Below are positions 11,225 through 14,645 of a stretch of 14,645 nucleotides of DNA, piece after piece (within the stretch, counting starts at the first letter, position 1; every line of letters starts with the position of its first letter). Origin of the DNA: Fidelibacterota bacterium. Its GTDB lineage: Bacteria > Fidelibacterota > Marinisomatia > Marinisomatales > TCS56. The stretch lies in assembly GCA_043822705.1 (NCBI GenBank), contig JBDRBK010000175.1:1-14645 (forward strand), in the 5' to 3' direction. A program made the position numbers and the translations under genes. Under the pieces are notes generated by a model. That model saw only the letters and a list, made by a program, of their open reading frames with translations. It searched no databases and was not told the origin of the DNA.

Positions 11225-11230
11225 CCTCCT
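11225..11230 (-). promoter_or_regulatory. Shine-Dalgarno site for rpoB (AGGAGG)
   Basis: The minus strand reads ATAGGAGGCTTGT-TTG, a perfect core with a 5-nt spacer. Confidence 0.8.
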
Positions 11231-11281
11231 ATGTCAATTAATGATTGTATAACAGTTGACTTAAAGCCAGGATAAATCAAA

Positions 11282-11662
11282 CTACTTTAATTCGACTGAG
11301 GCGCCTGCTTCTTCAAGCTTGGCTTTGATTTCTTCAGCTTCGGACTTACTGACGCCTTCTTTAACGGCCTTGGGTGCGGTATCGACCAGGTCTTTGGCTT
11401 CTTTCAAACCCAAGTTGGTCAACGTACGGACAACCTTAATAACATTGATTTTCTGTTGTCCGGCTCCGGTCAGGATGACATCAAATTCGGTCTGTTCTTC
11501 GACGACTGCTTCAGCAGCGGCGGCGGGAGCGGCAGCGAAAGCCATGGGGGCGGCGGCTGTCACACCAAATTTGTTTTCAATGTCTTTCACCAGTTCGGCA
11601 ACTTCCAACATGTTGGCTGATTCAAGATACGTTAAAACGTCTGCACGAGTAATCTCAGACAT
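11282..11662 (-). CDS. rplL: 50S ribosomal protein L7/L12 (bL12)
   Basis: Motifs KFGVTAAAP, an Ala-rich hinge, [19 protein letters not shown] and [19 protein letters not shown] at 11670-11675. Confidence 0.98.
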   Translation of the reverse strand: MSEITRADVLTYLESANMLEVAELVKDIENKFGVTAAAPMAFAAAPAAAAEAVVEEQTEFDVILTGAGQQKINVIKVVRTLTNLGLKEAKDLVDTAPKAVKEGVSKSEAEEIKAKLEEAGASVELK

Positions 11663-11683
11663 TATTCAACTCCTCGTAATTGA

Positions 11684-12199
11684 TTAGGATTTTTGTTCTT
11701 TTAAACTATTGAGCACATTAACCAGACTGGATAAGGGCGCATTCAGCGTCGCAGCCAGTTTGGTCAGGGGTTGTTGCAGCGCGCTGATCAGCATGGCCAG
11801 CGATTCTTCCCGCGAGGGCAAGTCGGCCAGACGCTCGATAGCGGCTCCTGCCAGCAATTTACCCTCAAGCAAAACCCCCTTGATAGTGGGTTTTTCGTGC
11901 GCTTTGGCAAATTTCTTTAAAATTTTGGCCGGGGTCGTGGGTTCTTTGTAGGTAATCGCCAGAGCCGTCGAACCGGACAGTATATCGTCCAGGTTCTCGA
12001 CATTGATAGTCTTGGCGGCAATCTGTACCAGGGTGTTTTTGGCGACCCGGTATTCGACATCCGACTGGAAGAATTCCCGGCGTAATTCCGTAATGGAAGC
12101 AACGTCCAGTCCCAGGTAATCGGTAAAATAGATCGCCTTGGCCTGATTGAATTTTTCGGTGAGTTCCGCGACAACGGCAAGATTCTTGGTATTGGGCAT
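11684..12199 (-). CDS. rplJ: 50S ribosomal protein L10 (uL10)
   Basis: Motifs DYLGLDVASITELR, YRVAKNTL and LADLPSREE. It lies between rplA and rplL. Confidence 0.97.
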   Translation of the reverse strand: MPNTKNLAVVAELTEKFNQAKAIYFTDYLGLDVASITELRREFFQSDVEYRVAKNTLVQIAAKTINVENLDDILSGSTALAITYKEPTTPAKILKKFAKAHEKPTIKGVLLEGKLLAGAAIERLADLPSREESLAMLISALQQPLTKLAATLNAPLSSLVNVLNSLKEQKS

Positions 12200-12206
12200 C
12201 GTCAGT

Positions 12207-12896
12207 CTACCTCATTGTTGTATGATCGATGCGGATGCCGGGCCCCATCGAGGAGGAAATGGTAATCCGCTTCAGGTATTGACCCTTAACCGCTGATGGG
12301 CGGGCCTTGATCACGGTATTGTAAACGGCCTTGATATTGGCGATTAATGCTTCATCGTCAAACGACACCTTGCCGCAAAGGGCGTGAATGATACCGGTTT
12401 TATCGACGCGCAGTTCGATCCGGCCAGCCTTAACTTCCCGGACGGCACTGGCGACATCGTTGGTAACCGTGCCGCTCTTCGGATTGGGCATCAGTCCTTT
12501 GGGACCGAGAATTTTTCCCAGTCGACCCAACTCCGGCATCATATCAGGCGTGGCGATGACTTTATCGACATCGCTCCAGCCGGCCTTAAATTTTTCGATG
12601 AATTCCGTATTGCCGACATAATCGGCGCCGGCGGCTTTGGCTGCCTCTTCCTGGGGTCCGCGCGTAATCACCAGCACCCGGATTTTTTTTCCGGTGCCGT
12701 GTGGCAGGGATGTCGTCACCCGGATATTCTGATCGGCGTGCCGCGGATCGACGCCCAGATTGATCGCTAAATCAACCGACTCGTCGAATTTGGCATATTT
12801 CAGTTCCTTGACGAGGCCGATCGCTTCCTGAATTGGATATTCATGATATTTATCGTATTTGGCGGATGCCGCAGATTTGTTTTTTGATTTAATCAT
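12207..12896 (-). CDS. rplA: 50S ribosomal protein L1 (uL1)
   Basis: Motifs AKFDESVD, LGVDPRHADQ, LPHGTGK, LGKILGPKGLMPNPKSGTVT and SSMGPG. Confidence 0.98.
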   Translation of the reverse strand: MIKSKNKSAASAKYDKYHEYPIQEAIGLVKELKYAKFDESVDLAINLGVDPRHADQNIRVTTSLPHGTGKKIRVLVITRGPQEEAAKAAGADYVGNTEFIEKFKAGWSDVDKVIATPDMMPELGRLGKILGPKGLMPNPKSGTVTNDVASAVREVKAGRIELRVDKTGIIHALCGKVSFDDEALIANIKAVYNTVIKARPSAVKGQYLKRITISSSMGPGIRIDHTTMR

Positions 12897-12904
12897 CGAT
12901 TCAC

Positions 12905-13327
12905 CTATTTCACTTCGATTCCCATGCTGCGGGCGGTTCCGCGAATCATCTCCATCGCCTGCTCCACGGTGTTGGCATTCAAATCGGGCATCTTGAGTTC
13001 GGAAATCTTGCGCAGATCGTCTTCGGTGATCACACCAACCTTATTGCGGTTGGGCTCGGGCGACCCCTTCTCCAGCTTGGCGGCTTTGATCAGCAAAACA
13101 GCGGCCGGCGGCGTTTTGGTGATGAAAGTAAAGCTTCGGTCGGCGTAAACAGTAATCACAACCGGTACTATCATACCCGCCTGATCCTGAGTTTTGGCAT
13201 TATAGGCTTTGCAGAACTCCATAATATTCACACCATGCTGACCCAGGGCCGGACCGATTGGCGGTGCCGGATTCGCCTTGCCGGCGGGAATCTGTAATTT
13301 TATCAATGCAATGACTTTCTTGGCCAT
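12905..13327 (-). CDS. rplK: 50S ribosomal protein L11 (uL11)
   Basis: Motifs [38 protein letters not shown] and GTARSMG. Confidence 0.99.
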   Translation of the reverse strand: MAKKVIALIKLQIPAGKANPAPPIGPALGQHGVNIMEFCKAYNAKTQDQAGMIVPVVITVYADRSFTFITKTPPAAVLLIKAAKLEKGSPEPNRNKVGVITEDDLRKISELKMPDLNANTVEQAMEMIRGTARSMGIEVK

Positions 13328-13337
13328 ATTCCTATCG

Positions 13338-13865
13338 CTACTTTTCTAATTCGACTTGTAAAAATTCCAGTTCAACGGGGGTCGGACGACCGAATATACT
13401 GACCGTGACCTTGACTTTATGTTTTTCGTCGTTGACTTCCTGCACATAACCTGAAAAATCTTTGAAAGGACCATCGACCACCTTCACGGCGTCGCCCACC
13501 TTGAAAGGCTGGGCCATCACTTCGCGACCGTCCATCTCCTCCACTTCGCCCAGAATCCGGTTGATTTCCTCCGCTTTCAACGGCTGCGGTTCGGCATTGG
13601 GACCGACAAAGCTGATGACACCGTTGAGATTCTCAACCAGATAGCGGCTTTCGCTGGTCAGTTCCATCTTGACAAATAAATAGCCTGTGAAAAAAACTTT
13701 ATTGCGGACTTTTTTCTTACCATCCCGCATTTCGACCACATTCTCCGACGGGACCAGCACATCGATAATGCTGTCGCCCAATCCTGCTCGCTCGGCCTCA
13801 ATAATCAGCGATTCGCGGATTTTCTTCTCCTTGCCGGAGATAACTCTTAAGGAAAACCAGTCCAT
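13338..13865 (-). CDS. nusG: Transcription termination/antitermination factor NusG
   Basis: NGN domain ([13 protein letters not shown]) and KOW domain ([14 protein letters not shown]...[14 protein letters not shown]). It lies between secE and rplK. Confidence 0.98.
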   Translation of the reverse strand: MDWFSLRVISGKEKKIRESLIIEAERAGLGDSIIDVLVPSENVVEMRDGKKKVRNKVFFTGYLFVKMELTSESRYLVENLNGVISFVGPNAEPQPLKAEEINRILGEVEEMDGREVMAQPFKVGDAVKVVDGPFKDFSGYVQEVNDEKHKVKVTVSIFGRPTPVELEFLQVELEK

Positions 13866-13867
13866 GA

Positions 13868-14050
13868 TTAAAGCAGAGTATTTAGAATTCGTGACAACAC
13901 GATATCGACGACAAACAGAAATACGCCCAGTAGTACGGAAAACGAGAGAACGATAAATGTCGACCCGCGGAGTTCATCCCAGGTCGGCCAGGATACTTTT
14001 TTCATCTCGAATTGTACTTCACCAAGGAACTGTTGGATTTTCTTTAACAT
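13868..14050 (-). CDS. secE: Preprotein translocase subunit SecE (60 aa, single TM)
   Basis: Motif EMKKVSWPT followed by one hydrophobic helix. The track start at 14101 is inside the tRNA, so ATG 14048-14050 (MLKKIQQFL) is the plausible start. Confidence 0.95.
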   Translation of the reverse strand: MLKKIQQFLGEVQFEMKKVSWPTWDELRGSTFIVLSFSVLLGVFLFVVDIVLSRILNTLL

Positions 14051-14074
14051 GCTTTCTGACGTTTGGTTATTTTG

Positions 14075-14147
14075 CAGGAGTGGCAGGGATCGAACCCGCA
14101 ACCCCCGGTTTTGGAGACCGGTGCTCTACCAATTGAGCTACACTCCT
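14075..14147 (-). tRNA. trnW: tRNA-Trp (anticodon CCA); 3' CCA tail not encoded
   Basis: Cloverleaf read by hand: acceptor AGGAGTG/CACTCCT, D arm GCTC-AATTGGTA-GAGC, anticodon arm CCGGT-CTCCAAA-ACCGG (CCA at 14114-14112), T arm GCGGG-TTCGATC-CCTGC, discriminator G followed by CAA. Confidence 0.97.
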
Positions 14148-14164
14148 AATCATCCTAGCGGTAT

Positions 14165-14198
14165 TTGGTACAGGAACCGTTTTAAGGTATCCTGCCAA
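14165..14198 (-). other. Imperfect stem-loop / inverted repeat in the rpmG-trnW spacer
   Basis: The minus strand reads TTGG-CAGGA-t-ACC-[TTAAAAC]-GGT-TCCTG-ta-CCAA, giving 12 Watson-Crick pairs with two bulges and no U-tract. Confidence 0.6.
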
Positions 14199-14212
14199 TC
14201 GTTTTTCAAGGA

Positions 14213-14377
14213 TTACTTGGTCTCCTTGAAAATAACGTGCTTGCGGATTACGGGATCATATTTTTTGTATTCAACCCGTTCCGGATGCAACCGCCGGCTC
14301 TTGCTGATCGTGTACCGATAACCAGTACCAGCCGTGCTCTCAATGTGAATAATATTACGTTTACTGTTGCCGGCCAT
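14213..14377 (-). CDS. rpmG: 50S ribosomal protein L33 (bL33), cysteine-free (C-) type, 54 aa
   Basis: Manual translation from ATG at 14377 gives MAGNSKRNIIHIESTAGTGYRYTISKSRRLHPERVEYKKYDPVIRKHVIFKETK*, with L33 motifs STAGTG.Y and KKYDP..RKHV.FKE. It is too short for the ORF track. Confidence 0.96.
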   Translation of the reverse strand: MAGNSKRNIIHIESTAGTGYRYTISKSRRLHPERVEYKKYDPVIRKHVIFKETK

Positions 14378-14380
14378 TGC

Positions 14381-14645
14381 TTACTCGATAATTTCGGTTA
14401 CGACACCGGCACCGACCGTATGTCCGCCTTCGCGAATCGCGAAACGCAATTCCTTATCCATGGCGATCGAAGTGATCAATTGCACTTCCATGATCACCTG
14501 GTCGCCCGGCATCACCATCTCGGTACCTTCCGGTAATGTGGCCACACCGGTCACATCCGTGGTCCGAAAATAAAACTGCGGACGATAGCCACTGAAAAAT
14601 GGCGTGTGACGACCACCCTCTTCGCGCTTCAACACGTATACGTTG
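14381..14645 (-). CDS. tuf: Elongation factor Tu, C-terminal ~87 codons (begins beyond right edge)
   Basis: Translation [33 protein letters not shown]...EMVMPGD...[22 protein letters not shown] is EF-Tu domain III. Confidence 0.98.
   Translation of the reverse strand, partial: NVYVLKREEGGRHTPFFSGYRPQFYFRTTDVTGVATLPEGTEMVMPGDQVIMEVQLITSIAMDKELRFAIREGGHTVGAGVVTEIIE

Noticed and set aside
2660..12180. Short same-strand out-of-frame ORFs (e.g. 2660-2848, 4468-4761, 6949-7173, 8426-8680, 10375-10647, 11917-12180)
   Set aside because: They are nested in real genes and have the Arg/Pro/Ser-rich composition typical of shifted frames. The host frames are intact.
12683..12690. A8 run (GGA AAA AAA ATC) in rplA as a slippery or phase-variable site
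   Set aside because: It encodes the conserved GTGK-K region of L1 in an intact essential gene, and no stimulatory structure is evident.
14051..14101. 17-aa N-terminal extension of SecE in the ORF track
   Set aside because: It overlaps the tRNA-Trp T arm and acceptor stem. ATG at 14050 gives a typical single-TM SecE.
318..14573. Many plus-strand ORFs, up to 330 aa (1059-2051), 279 aa (3873-4712) and 227 aa (7731-8414)
   Set aside because: They lie antisense to conserved essential genes and have no recognisable motifs. Long antisense frames are expected when TTA, CTA and TCA codons are rare on the coding strand.
14381..14645. Elfamycin-resistant EF-Tu variant
   Set aside because: The visible kirromycin-resistance positions (E. 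coli G316, Q329, A375) are wild type. EGGHTVG for EGGRTVG is a minor variation.
1..14645. CRISPR array, IS or prophage integrated at tRNA-Trp, or another novel multi-gene system
   Set aside because: I found no repeat-spacer periodicity, transposase or integrase, or duplicated tRNA 3' end. The largest spacer is 93 nt and every other base is accounted for by core genes.

Overview
An ordinary, very compact housekeeping region with every real gene on the minus strand. In transcription order (right to left) it runs tuf (3' end only) - rpmG (L33, missed by the ORF track) - tRNA-Trp(CCA) - secE - nusG - rplK - rplA - rplJ - rplL - rpoB - rpoC - rpsL - rpsG - fusA - tuf (5' end only). This is the contiguous rif/str superoperon, bracketed by two EF-Tu gene fragments. 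RNAP insertions point to an FCB-group bacterium, possibly Marinimicrobia-like (inference, not a database result). I found no mobile element, CRISPR array, defence gene, intein, intron or other novel system. The points worth a second look are small: a zinc-free (C-) L33 at a locus that usually holds the zinc-ribbon form, no room for the classic r-protein autoregulatory leaders, a long imperfect hairpin filling the rpmG-trnW spacer, a low-GC3 patch at the 3' end of rpoB, and substitutions at strongly conserved residues (S12 R->E, RpoB Rif-cluster M->G, NusG FPGY->FTGY).
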